DNA of 64,000 bases, from positions 6,140,001 through 6,204,000 of the forward strand of contig OZ076409.1 of the NCBI GenBank assembly GCA_964187785.1, read 5' to 3'. The translations under genes were made by a program, and so were the position numbers. This document shows, piece after piece, positions 37,300 through 50,297 of this stretch. This DNA is from Amphiscolops sp. MND2022 (taxonomy: Eukaryota). Each line of letters opens with the position of its first letter. The stretch's first letter is position 1. The notes below the pieces were generated by a model that worked only from the letters and a program-made list of their open reading frames with translations, was not told where the DNA came from and ran no database searches.

Positions 37300-39610
37300 G
37301 ACCTGGAGAATGGAAACAATGTGTTACGGTACACATCATCAGCAAGACAAAGATCTCCAGAGCGAGGAAACAATATTGAAAAAAATAGTGAGGCCTTTGG
37401 AACGTGACGAGTGGGACGAGATGCTTCGAGAATGCCGGGAAGCCACAGAAAAGGGAGACTCCGGCATTTTATGTATAGTCATTTTAGGCATTCCGGAACC
37501 GGATCAAGCAGAAATGTGGAGGGTACCACTATAACAGTCGAACACTTCAAATTCCATTTTTCTAAATTATCCACCCAGAGATTCGAGTGCAACCCAAAGC
37601 ATCTCTACGCGGTCATCAAGGACCGGAAAATTGACACCGATTTCCGAAGAGCAGCGGAGAAACTGAACGCAGTACCTAACTTCGCGGAAATAGAAGGAGC
37701 GATAAAGGAAGTCAAGGACTCCGACCCTGCTGCGGACAAGCTGAGGAAACGACATATCTGGAATCCCACCCCAGATATGAAAACTAATGTGGTTGACCAC
37801 GTCCACAGGATGTTTACCAGTTCCGATAATTGGGAACAGTCGGCTATAGTAGAACAAATGGTGGCCTTTTTCAAGGAGGGGGACCGCCAGAAGTGCGGCA
37901 AATATTGAGCACCGAATTGAACGGAATGATGAGGAAGCCAGGAAGGAGGACTCCAAAAACGCGTCCTCGAAACAGAAAAAGTGTTCCCTCGGGTATGGAA
38001 ACCGGGCCTTTTGGAGTCTCTGCGAAGACAAGGGCTATGCGGCAACTTTCTTCACTGCACAACGGACCTGCACGAAACAAAAAACTACTGAGTCAAAAAC
38101 AAACAAGGCATGAGCTCAAGCTGGACTACGGAGCAAGGTCTCAAGAGAAGGAAGGCCTACTTCACCGGTGTTGTTCAACCTGTTCCGCCATATAGTCATT
38201 GAGAAGGCGGAATGGAAGCGACGCGAGCTGGGATACCAGAGCGGGAAAACAATTTCGAATAAAATTGGCTCCCAGGTGAAAGCTACTGAGGAAAACCCAA
38301 TAGGGGCGGTATAACTCACAAGCACGGAACGCCCTATTAACTATGTCGCTGCTTGCGGCACCAGAGAAGAAATCCAACAAAGCTGCGAAGCCATTAGTGA
38401 GGTGACAACCGCCTTTGAGAAGAAAAACAATGAAGCAACAACTAGGGGTCCGTGTTTGGGGTCGAAACATCCCACTGAAAAGGGATGCTGGGAGGTTGGA
38501 TGGACCCTTAGGTAGACGGTCACGACAGAGTTAAAAGAGCCAGCATCTTATGGGGTAAAAACGCCCTATACTTGTCAAGAGTCCACTTTCCAAGAGGCAA
38601 AAAGCCCCAATTGTCCAAACATGCGTTAAAATGGTCTTTTTTTCGATGCAGCAGTGAGACCGTGGCAAATGAGAGAAACAAAGACTCTCCAACATTGGAT
38701 ATAGAAGAGATACAGATACACATGGAGCCACAACAAAGAAGCCTCACTTAGGACAATGCAAAGGATATGGCAAAACATGAAAGACGTCCAAAACTGACTT
38801 AAAATTCAAGTCCGTTCAATGCAAAATTGAGAAAAGCGCCTTTCAGAGCAAATGTCATGTCATGAGACTAAGCGGTGACCGATCCGTCAAACATGCAATC
38901 CACGGATGGCTGTCGGCATTAGAAACAGTCAACGGAAACAGGAAGAAATGCGAAAGCACACGTCAATACAGGTTAGAATACTTCAATGAGAGCAGGAAGT
39001 GACGAGATGTACCTCGACCGCCTGACAGAAAACCGAATCGAATGGCGGAATTCCCTAAATTAGCGGATGGCACACCTTGAACACTGGGAAATGAGTAGAA
39101 GAAAACGGGAAGAAAAGAGCGAGGTAACCAGAAACGTAAACAAACAAAGCATGTCCCTCACGTGCAGTTACTGTCAAAAGGTATGCCTAACCGCGTGTGG
39201 CCTATGGATCCATATCAAGCGAATACAGGAGAGCTACTGCAATCCCACGAACCTCCGATTTCAGAAGTGCAACAGTGACTTCGAGAAGGCACTCTGAAGA
39301 GTCACTAGAAATTCTGAGAGAAAGGAAGGCAAGCAGAGAATCAAATCCCTGTCTAAAATGTAACATCTCGATCTCAAACTTTGGAAGACACTCAGGGACA
39401 TGTCAAACAACCGAAAACCGTCCTCAAAACGTCTCCCTACAAACGACAGCCAGGAACAACCAAGCAAGTGATTTTCATTACTCGTAGCAGGTACTTGCGA
39501 CAGGCGTGCGGTGTGGATGTCAAACTAATCATGATACCAACAAGACGCCCGCTTTGCAGCGGGATAATTCCCACCTTCAACGGCGAGGATTTTTTAGAAC
39601 CTCCCCGTCC
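37300..39610 (+). mobile_element. Decayed RTE-like LINE, copy 2, with C-terminal zinc-finger remnants
   Basis: FKEGDRQKCGKY (~37870), SPVLFNLF (~38162) and CSYCQKVCLTACGLWIHIKR (~39163). Boundaries approximate. Confidence 0.7.
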
Positions 39611-40524
39611 TCCTTAGCATAAAGCAATAAAGTTCGGATATAACGTCAAAAATTCGAACATATCGCAACAATTTCAAACATCCGCTTCCTCCTTAGTTTA
39701 GTAAACGAAACATTTTGCGCATAAAAGAACACATTTCGTGCATGAATGAAGTGCAGGAAAAACGGAGATTTCGCAAAATTCGGGAAAAAGGCAACAGATT
39801 TTGATTTCCATCATGAAATGTAGGCGGAATACAAAAAACTAGCTACGAACAAGTGGGTCGAATTATAATACAGATCTCCTCTACAGAAGAAACTGGGCAA
39901 CTCGAACAAACACTCACTTGAATTTTCACCTCCAGAAAATGACACAAAATCATCACTCTTAAAGTTTGTTTGTTTGAGTCGAGGTTGTTTTTCGCCTCCA
40001 TTAAAATAAGTTCCTAGTTTTTTTAAATACAATAAACGAGCAGTTTTTGAAGCTAAACTTAGGCTACCAGCCTGCTAATAAAGCCTGCAAAGTTTTTCGA
40101 AGTTGTAAAATGGGGGATCCTCTGGGCTATTTGAAACTCTAATTTGTTGCAAAATAAGAAAAACTTGAAAGGATTTTTTAGAGACTTTGAAATGTTTCGA
40201 AAAAATCAAAATTAGGTTTTTGAACAGTGTCGTAGGCCGAGAAATGTATAAAGAGGGACACTTCGGGATTTTTTAATACCCATTCTGCTGCAATATATTG
40301 AAACAAATGAAGGGGAACACATTGATTCAATCAAAAAAGTTTCAATCGAAAAAAATCTCAGTGCCGAAAAAAACTAAGTGAAAAACACCAAGATAGCCAA
40401 AGGGGTGATCTTTAATATCTTGTCAAGGTTCTGGATGTCGTTTTTTAGGAGTCGGAAAAAATTTTCGACTACTTATGCAATCGTGCTGTTTTTTTTGTTT
40501 TTTTTCTCCCGGCCTTTTCATGAT

Positions 40525-41211
40525 AATTTCAAATTTCTCAAAAACAGTCCATACGATTTTCACGAAATTTTGCACAGTCATTCTACACTTGAAGGGGCCC
40601 CTGCGTGTGCAAAGGCATCAAAATCGTATGGCTGGGATGTGAGAAACATAGCCAAAATTAGCCCAAAAATGACCAAAAAACAGCCATTTTTCGACTTTTT
40701 TCGCTTTTCTCAAAAACTGTCCATACGATTCGAACGAAATTTTCTACAGTTATTCTACATCATATTAGAGTCCTATATGTGCAATGGCATCAAAATCGTA
40801 CGGCTGGGATGTGAGAAATATAGCCAAAATTAGCCCAAAAATGGCCAAAAAACAGCCATTTTTCGACTTTTTTCGATTTTCTCAAAAACTGTACATACGA
40901 TTCAAAGGAAATTTTCTACAGTTATTCTACACCATAGTAGAGTCCTATATGTGCAATGGCATCAAAATCGTATGGCTGGGATGTGAGAAACATAGCCAAA
41001 ATTAGCCCAAAAATGGCCAAAAAACAGTCATTTTTCGATTTTTTTCGTATTTCTCAAAAACTGTCCATACGATTCGAACGAAATTTTCTACAGTTATTTT
41101 ACACCATATTAGAGTCCTATATGTGCAATAGCATCAAAATCGTATGGCTGGGATGTGAGAAACGTAGCCAAAATTAGCCCAAAAATGGTCAAAAAAGGCC
41201 ATTTTTCGACT
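40525..41211. repeat. Four near-identical 172-bp tandem units
   Basis: TCTCAAAAAC(A/T)GT(C/A)CATACGATT at about 40536, 40708, 40880 and 41052. ORFs 40784 and 40956 are offset by 172. Confidence 0.95.
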
Positions 41212-43312
41212 TCAGAAGGAAAAAGACCTAAGCCGACTCCTTTACCGCACATGCGGCTCTGGTTTCTTTTTTGTTTTGGACGAGGTTCTGACGTTTCAAG
41301 TGTTTTGAACCTCCATAGTTCAAGTTGTTGAACAAATGAAAAGTGGACCTTATGTGTCCAAAAAACTACCCACTGTAAAAGTCGGGCACTTTTCTTCAAA
41401 AGCGTCGACTAAAAAAGCCACATCTTCTTTGTCAGTGAATTCCTTTCCACCCCTTGATTCGGATATTCCATTAATTATAATTTCCAACAGCTTCTTTGAT
41501 TTTCCCGGAAACGTCTTTTTGCAGCGTTAGTGTCATTCTGTTTGAGGACAAAAAATGAACAGCGGTGTTAGTGCTTTTCCGATTCGAATCTCTCTCAACT
41601 CATTATCATTGGACTTTGAGGAAGTCCTTCGTGCCAATCTTAATGGTATGATCAATCCAAACAAAACAAGAATGTCCAAAATCGGTACCTCACTTAGAGC
41701 TCACAAAACGAAAAGTCCTGAACAAGTGCTCAGAGGTGCTTCCGAAAAAGATAACATTGAGAGTGGCAAAAAATAATCGAAGAGGTAGCGTGTGGCCTCT
41801 GAGAACATTTTTTAAATCGAAACCATCAAAAATTTCCCAAATTGACAGTTTTTTTCCGATACAATTCTACAGAAACCCCCAGAGATAAGGCCTTCAGGCT
41901 TGGAAAACAACATTTTGGGAAGTTGGAACACGGGAAAACTAAAAGGGTACCTTTTGGCCAATAAAAAGGTTGCTCTTTGCCCAGCAAGCACGAAGGTTAA
42001 GTTGACGAATTCATTTAGTGTTAGTTGGTACTGAACAGGCCATTCAAGGGTTGCAAACAAAAATATTGAATCCTCGGAAGGCATCGAACCGACGGCCGTC
42101 TGCTTGATGAGCGCACGTCCAAACTGCAGGCGGCAAGAAAACAAAGTCTACCCGAAATGTGGACACTACGGATGCATTCTGTGGTCTGACGGGAAAAACC
42201 GTCACAAATAATCGCAGAAAGTATACAAGAAAGGCACCGACTTGAAAAAAGCAGCACCGCCTATTCGGTTCCTACCGAGGGACAATGGAGATTTAAAAAA
42301 AAATCGATATGTTTTGGATTGTTTCTCGGTCACGACTTTTGGATGTTTTGTAGGTATGAGTATCTACAGACTTCAACAAAACATTTAGCTTTGCTCGGAT
42401 CACGAACTTTTTCACAACCAATTGTAGTAACCTTGAAACAACTGTAGTAGCTCGAATAACTTATACATGACTCTTTGATGATGTTGACAGGTTTTAAGCA
42501 ACCATTTTTTCGTGCATTGTTTTTCCATTGTCGAAATTATTTTGCTTTTCTTGTTTACAAACGAACAGCATTTTTCGAGCGTTCGTGTTTTTTGGGCTAA
42601 TCATTCAAAGGCGCTGAAATATCCTGCTTCTCACCTGTTTTAGGGAAAACAACGAACGTTCGCCCATCCATTTTATTCAAATGAGTAGCATTTCAATTCT
42701 TTCACATTGAAGTGGTTCTAGATCGAATATTACGTAACTTGAGCACTTTCCCTAATCAGTTTTTTGCACTTAATCAGAAAGGATGCGTTTGTACAGCGTG
42801 TTCAAGTGTCTTAGAACAACGTGGAATCGGTAAAGGCACTAATATCGGTAAAGGCACTAATTCACTTCGACTGCGTTTCGACCATTGTTCACCTGATGAG
42901 TCCAGGAAATAGGTACAAGACACGGTGATTTTTCTGGTATCAATAATTTCCTTCAGCTAGTCGCTAATTCATTCATGAGCCGTGATCTTGATCAAGCCTC
43001 AATTTCTGTTACCTAATCCAAATAATTTTTCCCTAACTTTTTTGTACTTTTCCGAAGCTAATTAATTCAACATTGATCTGTTATCATTCTTTGACGCTCC
43101 AAAGCTGGTACAGAACGTGCTTCTTGATATGTGATCAGATATTTAAAAAGGTTCAAATGAACGAAGAAATTCGGAAATTTTCAAAAGTTGGTTGTTTCTG
43201 ACTACGTTTGAATCTTACGTATAAGTAGTTGCTGCTGCAACAGTGCCGATTGGGGAATACCCTGCTTGCTGTTCAGCGGTCGTCTTCCATCTTTTGCATC
43301 CGGCTTTCTAAC

Positions 43313-43625
43313 TGTACCTTTTCCGTGTCAATTTCGCCAAAGTGAAATTGAACTTTGCCAAGATGAAAATCAAGATCGCGTGAACGAATTTCAATTTCGC
43401 TTTCGTGAAAATTTTTTCGCCATAATGAAATTGAATTTTGCCAAAAAGAAAATGACTTCCTAGTCGATTTTTTGTGTGAAATTGAGTTTCGCTACGGCGG
43501 AAATGAATTTCGTTCATGCAAAATTGATTCTCTTTTGGCAAAGTTGAGTTGCACGTTGGCGATTTTCAATTTTGTTCAGGTGGAATTGACATTCATTTCG
43601 GCGAAATTCAGATGGAAAAGGTATA
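43313..43625. mobile_element. MITE with terminal inverted repeats
   Basis: TGTACCTTTTCCGTGTCAATTTCGCC ... GGCGAAATTCAGATGGAAAAGGTATA. Confidence 0.65.
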
Positions 43626-44505
43626 AAATACCGTTTCTCAAGAATTCAATATCGGATTGAAAGGAAAATTTGATTGGTAAATTCTGGGATTATTCCGCGG
43701 CTGGAAGATAACGCGGTATATTTTCGGAAATCAAAATATGCAAAGACTATTGAGATAAACCCTATTTAAAACATTTTTTCCTAACAGGAAACCTTGTTTG
43801 AAAATTGCTTATCCCAGGGCGTGATAAAATCAAAATCTTCGCAAATTCAGAATCATTGATAGACAAAGTCGCATGGGTTAAACTTCATTTTGCAAGCTTT
43901 AATCGCTTGAAAGAGGAACGCAAATTTGGAAAACCTGCTGCAACTGGGCCATTGTAATCCCCTTTTTTGAAGCAATTAACACTTTCTCATATGAAAATGA
44001 TCAAAAAATTATGCTCCATGCCTTTAAACGGATAAAAGAAGCCAACGATTATACGTTATGAGAGGAACTCAGTATACGACAATACACTGATTGGTTCGAG
44101 AATAAGGACTGGAAGGTATCCATACTTATTTTATTTGGACGTTAACAGTCGGTCTAAATTTTACACTATCGTTTTTCCTGCCATCCTTATACTTCATGTC
44201 TTCGAAACAGCAACTCCTAAGATAACTTTACTTCTATTTTTCGATTGAATGTGTAATTTATGTAACAGACACTATCACCTTTATTCTTTCGACTTGCTTC
44301 AGCTTGCACTCTGATATTCTCCAGGTCTTGAATGTACTGGGAAGTAAGATCGATGATTTCGTCGTCATCTTCAATATTTGTCGCCATTTCTTGATCTTAT
44401 CTTTTCTTGATTTATTGCGAAAGGTCTGAAAATTGTCAAACAGACTTTGATGCGAGCAGGGCTGGGGAAAAACCTGTTTTTGACCCGAATGAAAGAAACA
44501 GCGTG

Positions 44506-45435
44506 TTTTTTTGTCGGCGCTTCATGAAGTGAAACGCGACTATTATAGTGGCTTTTTTTCAATCCACACGAACTGACCAAAATAGTTAAAAGTTCTACAA
44601 AATATTATTGCACCAAATTGCACTATTTGGCCTAGCGAACTGAACCAAAAAGGTTTTTCCTGTTTTCCCGCGTAACATACCATACCGGGCGAGACCAAAG
44701 GGTACCCCCTTTCATTTTTTTCGGCACTGCGAGACTTTTTTTTCGAAAAAATTTTTCCCCAAAGGGTCCCCCTTCAATTTTTTTTTGCTGTTTTGCGTCA
44801 AAATGGATGTTGGAAAATCCCAAAGGGTCCCCCCTTTCAATTTTTTTCGGCACTACGAGACTTTTTTCGAAAAAATGTTTTCCCCAAAGGGTCCCCCTTC
44901 AATTTTTTTGCTGTTTTGCGTCAAAATGGATGTTGGAAAATCCCAAAGGGTCCCCCTTACAGTTTTTTTCGGCACTGTGAGATTTTTTCCGAAAATACAA
45001 AGTTTTTCGATGTTTTGCGACAGAATGGATGTTGAAAAACCCCAAAGGGTCCCCCCTTTCAGTTTTTCGGCATTGTGAGACTTTTTTTCCTAAAACTTTT
45101 TTCTGTCCAAAGGGTCCCCCTTCAATTTCTTTGATATTTTACAACAGTTTGGGCGTTTAAAATCCCAAAGAGTTTCCGTTTCAGTTTTTCGGCATTGTGA
45201 GATTTTTTCAAAAATTTGTTTTTTCTCCGAAGGGTCTCCTCTTCAACTGCGACAAAAATGCTGACAATTTCGGAAGTGTCCCCCTTTTAGCGCGCCACTC
45301 GGTCCACTTTTTTGAGTATGTAATTTTTTCGAGAAATTTTCGATTTTCGAGTACTGTAAAAGAGAATACTTGACACTTGGAAGTCTTTTTGCTATTTTTG
45401 AGCCTTGGATATGGCGCCGACGTGGGCCGGTCCCC
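44506..45435 (+). mobile_element. DINE-1/Helentron-like element with internal ~120-bp tandem repeats
   Basis: Starts TTTTGTCGGCGCTTCATGAAGTGAAACGCGACT and ends near GGCGCCGACGTGGGCCGG. Repeated AAAGGGTCCCCC blocks. Confidence 0.75.
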
Positions 45436-46579
45436 CCCTTCGCGGCACACTCTGCTTTATAATTTCATTAATAATAGAATCATATCTGGAAAACCAATAC
45501 ACTCCTGCTTAATCATTATTTATCGCACAATTAACCACTCTACCAGTTTATACCGCCTTTAAATCTCGGACAAAAGAAAATATGTATAACTACTAAGCGT
45601 AGACGAAGTTTCGCATTCGCATTTGAAGTTCTCAGCGAACGATAATTAACACTCATTCGCTTCATTTCAATAACTCGGCGTACGAAAGCATAATTACGAA
45701 CGTTCACTCGCTTCATCTCAATGACGTCAGCATACGAATGGATAATTACCACTCGCTCGTTCCATCGCACGAGAATTGAATTGTCGTCGACAGCTTGAGA
45801 AACTTAAATCTCACGCTTGTACTCACTGCCGAAGAAAATCTCTGAATTTTCAAGTTCATGCGAAGATTTTTCTTCGGTGCGAGGCATAGCTACGTGAAAA
45901 AGTTTTTTTCGTTATTGTTTAAAACATGTTTTTTACTGCGGTTTAAAACAGTTTAAAACAAACATGGAAGCCTTGGTTGCGAGACTTTCAAAACGGACTA
46001 GTTTTCAAAGATGCTTTCAGTCTAAAAATGACGAGTTTTGAGGGATATTGACCAAACTACTACCAATATTTCAGAGTAAAAGCTCCTCATATTCAAGTTT
46101 TCAGATGAATGGTTAACTACTCACAAACGCGAATCATTTACAAATGACAAAAATGGTTTAGAAATGAAAAGTTCGTTAAATTTCGACATAGGCGGCTTTG
46201 AACCACGACACGTGAAATAAATGTGAGTTCGATCATTCAACTACAAACAATAAGATAGCAACATAAAGATAAAAATTGAGAAACTGCTGATTATACTTTT
46301 GAGCAGCGGCGGCGCATTTCAAACAAGACGACAAAAACAGCCCCATAGTGGGACTGTTAACTTAATAATAACAGTAATCATCATAACAGTGATAGCAATA
46401 ATAATAATAATAAAGTCTCTTATTTCCGAACTGAAATTTCACAAAAATCAGCCATTTTGGGTTTCTTTTGCCTTTCAATCTCGTTTCGTGACATTCTTCA
46501 GAGAAGGTCGGTGTACTGAGGGTAAGCAACATAACACACAGGTGCTTTTGCTTGGGGTGGGGGGTTGGTGTTTGGTAGT

Positions 46580-46785
46580 TTATCTGCCATGGGCGCCGGC
46601 GGCTGGTGCGTTGGAGGATTGTTGTTGGTTGCTGAGGGCTGCGATGTATTGGGCATACATGGCTGTGTAGAACTCGGGGTTGGAGCCCTGAGCTTGACCT
46701 GGGTTGGCGCCCGCCGAGCTGTTGGGGGCTCCTGAGCCGGCGGCTCCTCCGGGTCCGAACGCACCTGGCTGCTGACTCGGGTAAC
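46580..46785 (-). CDS. RRM RNA-binding protein gene, terminal coding exon
   Basis: Acceptor TTTAG, phase 1. GYPSQQPGAFG...PEFYTAMYAQYIAALSNQQQ...GAHGR*. Confidence 0.85.
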
Positions 46786-47506
46786 CTAAACCCAAAACTT
46801 ACTTGCCAAACTATTCCACAACAAATTCAAACCAGAGCCGCCCCCCGCATGCTTTTCATGTCCAGATTGGTTTCTTTCATTTCAAGTCACATGTATTTTG
46901 GTTTTTTGTGTAATGATCCCAATCAAATAAACTTTCTTCTTTTATTGTCATTTGGTCCATTTAGTCGGGGCATTGGCCTTAAGGAAAAAAGTCCGACGAT
47001 TAGTGACTAGTTTTTTTGTCAACCTCACTCTGAATGATCCACTTTTTGAACACACTGTGCACTTTTACAATAACTACCATTCCAAACAGAAGGGTCCCCA
47101 TTTCCACTTTTTTCGGCACTATGAGACTTACCACCGCCCTTTTTAGGCTCCCCGCTTCAGTTTTTTGATAGTTTGCCATGCAACCTACCGACCTGCGGTT
47201 TCGATGCGCGTGGTTCTTTTTTAAAAAATTATTCCACCGCCATCTCTAAATTGAAATCAAATTTTCAGAACTCACAAAATCCAAAATGTGCTACTGGATT
47301 GTTGTTCAGATAAGAATGCAATTTATATTCGAAGACAACTTAATTACGTTTCAACAATAGGGATAGGAAATAACGCCAAATTGTATTATTCATTACAAAT
47401 GATGTCTTGGGAAAAAGCCGGGAAAAATTTACACGTCTCGGCCTCCTTATTACGGGGCGCTTCCGTGCTCCATGCTAAGCATTGGTCAAAACCGGCCGCT
47501 GAGCTT

Positions 47507-48353
47507 AACAAGCCGGGACCGGCCCAAGTCGGCGCCATATCTAAGGCTCAAAAAAGCAAAAATACATGAAAGTGTCAAAAAACTCGGAAGTATCAAACTC
47601 ACAAAAAGAACCCTTTGGGGGAAAAAAAATTTTCGGAAAAAAAGTCTCACAATGCCGAAAAATCTGAAATGGGACCTTTTGGAATTTTTCAACATCCATT
47701 GTCGCAAAACATCAGAAAATTGAAGGTGGGACCCTTTGGGGAAATATATTTTCGGAAAAAATTGCACAATCCCGAAAAAAACTGAAAGTGAGACACCCTT
47801 GTTTCGACCGGTATTGCATGTTATGACTAACAAGCCGGGAACGGCCCAAGTCGGCGCCATATCTAAGGCTCAAAAAGACGAAAACCACTTTTTCTACAAC
47901 TGGAGACAACAAAAGCTCTCAAAAAACTTAAAATTGAGAAAAAAAATTCCGATTTTTTTTCGGAATTTTTTTGAAGTTTCCGGTAAGTCGCATAGTGCCG
48001 AAAAATGTAAAAGGGGGGGGACGCCTTGGGATTTTTTGAACATCCATTCTGTTGCAAAATATCAAAAATTGATGGGAGGAACAATAAAAAAAAATTCGGA
48101 AAAAATCAGTGTCACAGTGCCAAAAAAAGGAGGAAAATCTCATAGTGTAGAAAAAAGTAGACCCTTCTGCTTTGGAATGGCTTTTTATCTCACGTTAGAG
48201 GCTTTGAATGCCTTGAAAATGAAGTACTAAGTACATATGGTAAAAGTTGGTAAATGTGCATTAATGCACAAAAAGTGGACGTTACGCGTTGAACTGACGA
48301 AAAAACTAGCCACTGTAAGAGTCGGGATTTTCTTCGAAAACGCCGACTAAAAA
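47507..48353 (-). mobile_element. Two adjoining DINE-1/Helentron-like copies (47507-47828 partial; 47829-48353)
   Basis: AACAAGCCGGGA..GGCCCAAGTCGGCGCC at 47507 and 47829. CGCCGACTAAAAA ends at 48353. Confidence 0.75.
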
Positions 48354-48593
48354 TGACACGCGTCTTGGCTCTTCGCATTTAGGACCCTAGAGGCATGTGA
48401 GCGTATTCGATTGCGTTCTTTGCACACTTGGTATTGGTACCTTTGGTAACGGTATTTCCTATCAAATGTTGTGGATTTCATTTCTTTGGACGTTATTTAC
48501 CTTTACGCCCAATATGTTCGTTGCTAACCAACCTTGCAAAATTGCATACTGTTTTTCATATGCACTAGATTCTATATACAAAATTACATCCCG

Positions 48594-49297
48594 TTTTTAG
48601 TCGGCGCTTCATGAAGTGAAACGCGACTATTATAGTGACTTTTCTTTTTTTTTTTTTTTTTTTTTTTCAATCCACACGAACTGACCAAAATAGTTCTTAA
48701 AAGTTCTACAAAATATTATGGTGTCAAATAGCACCATTTGGCCTAGCGAACTGGACCAAAATGAATTTACCTGTTTTTCCGCGTAACATATCATACCGGG
48801 CGAGACCAAAGAGTCCCCCCTTTCATTTTTTTTCGGCACTGCGAGACATTTTTTTCGGATTTTTTTTTCGAAATTTTTTTTCCGCAAAGGGTCCCCCCTG
48901 CATTTTTTTTGATGTTTTGCGACAGAATGGATGTTGGAAAATCCCAAAGGGTTCCTCCTTTCAGTTTTTTTCGGCATTGTGAGATTTTCTCCCGAAAATA
49001 AAAAAATTTTTTCTTCAATTTTTTCATGTTTTGCGACAGAATGGATGTTGAAAAACCTCAAAGGGTCCCCCTTTTCAGTTTTTCGGCATTGTGAGACGTT
49101 AGCGCGCCAGGGGCTCGCGGTAGCGAGCCCCGGCGCGCCACTCGGTCCATTTTTTTAGTATGTAATTTTTTCAAAAAAAAAATTTTCGAAAAATTTTCGA
49201 GTTTCGACTACTGTAAACGAATACTTGACACTTGGAAGTCTTTTTGCTATTTTTGAGCCTTGGATATGGCGCCGACTTGGGCCCGTCCCGGCTTGTT
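48594..49297 (+). mobile_element. Complete DINE-1/Helentron-like (HINE) element
   Basis: T-run, subterminal IR AGTCGGCGC (48599) / GCGCCGACT (49269), 5' hairpin, 3' GC stem-loop, terminal CTTGTT, no TSD. Confidence 0.75.
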
Positions 49298-50036
49298 CCT
49301 ATTAAATAGAAGCAATATTCAAGGATCTAAAATGGGTGGAGGATCCATTTGATCGTCGTTCAATATCAATTTTATCCGATTTAGTAATGAAACATTAGGT
49401 TTCAGGACATTACGCCCAAAGCTGACGGACATTACACCCAATAATTAGAAAGTCTGTTGTATATATAATTATTGGGCGTAATGTCCGGACACCGAAACAT
49501 TATTCTTTCAAAAACTGAAGGACAAGATTGTTAATTGTAGTTTTTTTCACGAAAAATGTTTTAAACCCGTTTTTAACGGAAAACACTGTTTTTTGTATTT
49601 TATTTTTTTTTCTTGAGAAAAGTACCGTGGAAAACAATGTGCACAACGGTTTTTCATTTGTTGCCCAAGTTTCTCATCGTAGAAAAGTGTTAAAAATGAA
49701 TATAAAGCATGAAAGTCATTCATTTGAATTTCCAGATATCATCTTTCACACAAGATATTCTGATCTGAGAAAAAAAGTACCAAACAAATTGAATAGTCAG
49801 AAACTAGACCAAAAAACAACTGAAAAGAAGTCTCTGAAAAAACAGGGAAAAGCGTGTTTTTTTGGAAAAAAAATTGATGTTTTTTTTATGTTTCATTCAT
49901 GAATAGAAAACATTAACAACCTTGAATGAAACTAAGGGAAAATTTTAGAAAATTAACACTTGATAGCATTTTTAACCGATTTAGACATGAAACATTATTG
50001 TTATAAAAACTTTTAGGAACAAAAAAAGTTGCATAC

Positions 50037-50297
50037 CGAAATTGAATGCAGGGTTGGATGCGGCGCTGGTCTGGGACGTGGTAGTGGCTCCCCCGGGAGG
50101 TGGCACCCCTACGGCGGGAGGGGGCACGCCGGAGGAACTGCCCAGAGGCTGCTGACTGGCATTGGCGTTCTGCTGCTGGTACTGGAGCAGATAGTTCTGG
50201 TAGTTGGCAGCCAGATCACCCTGGCCACCCCCCATCGCAGCAGGACTGGTCGAGTTGCCAGAAGCACCGCCCCCCGCCAGAGCTGCCGCCGCCGCAC
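50037..50297 (-). CDS. RRM RNA-binding protein gene, exon (phase 1-1)
   Basis: TGCAG acceptor, GTATGC donor. GAAAAALAGG...NYQNYLLQYQQQ...NPAFNF. Confidence 0.85.

Noticed and set aside
40378..41177. Repeated ORFs MASKSYGWDV...
   Set aside because: By-products of the 172-bp tandem array.
41420..41760. Minus-strand LEIIINGISES, resembling a LINE ORF1 motif
   Set aside because: Too short and degraded to support a call.
43850..44400. Possible degraded LINE RT fragment on the minus strand
   Set aside because: No convincing catalytic motif.
44632..49158. Many short Phe/Lys-rich ORFs
   Set aside because: They lie within the non-coding DINE-like repeats.
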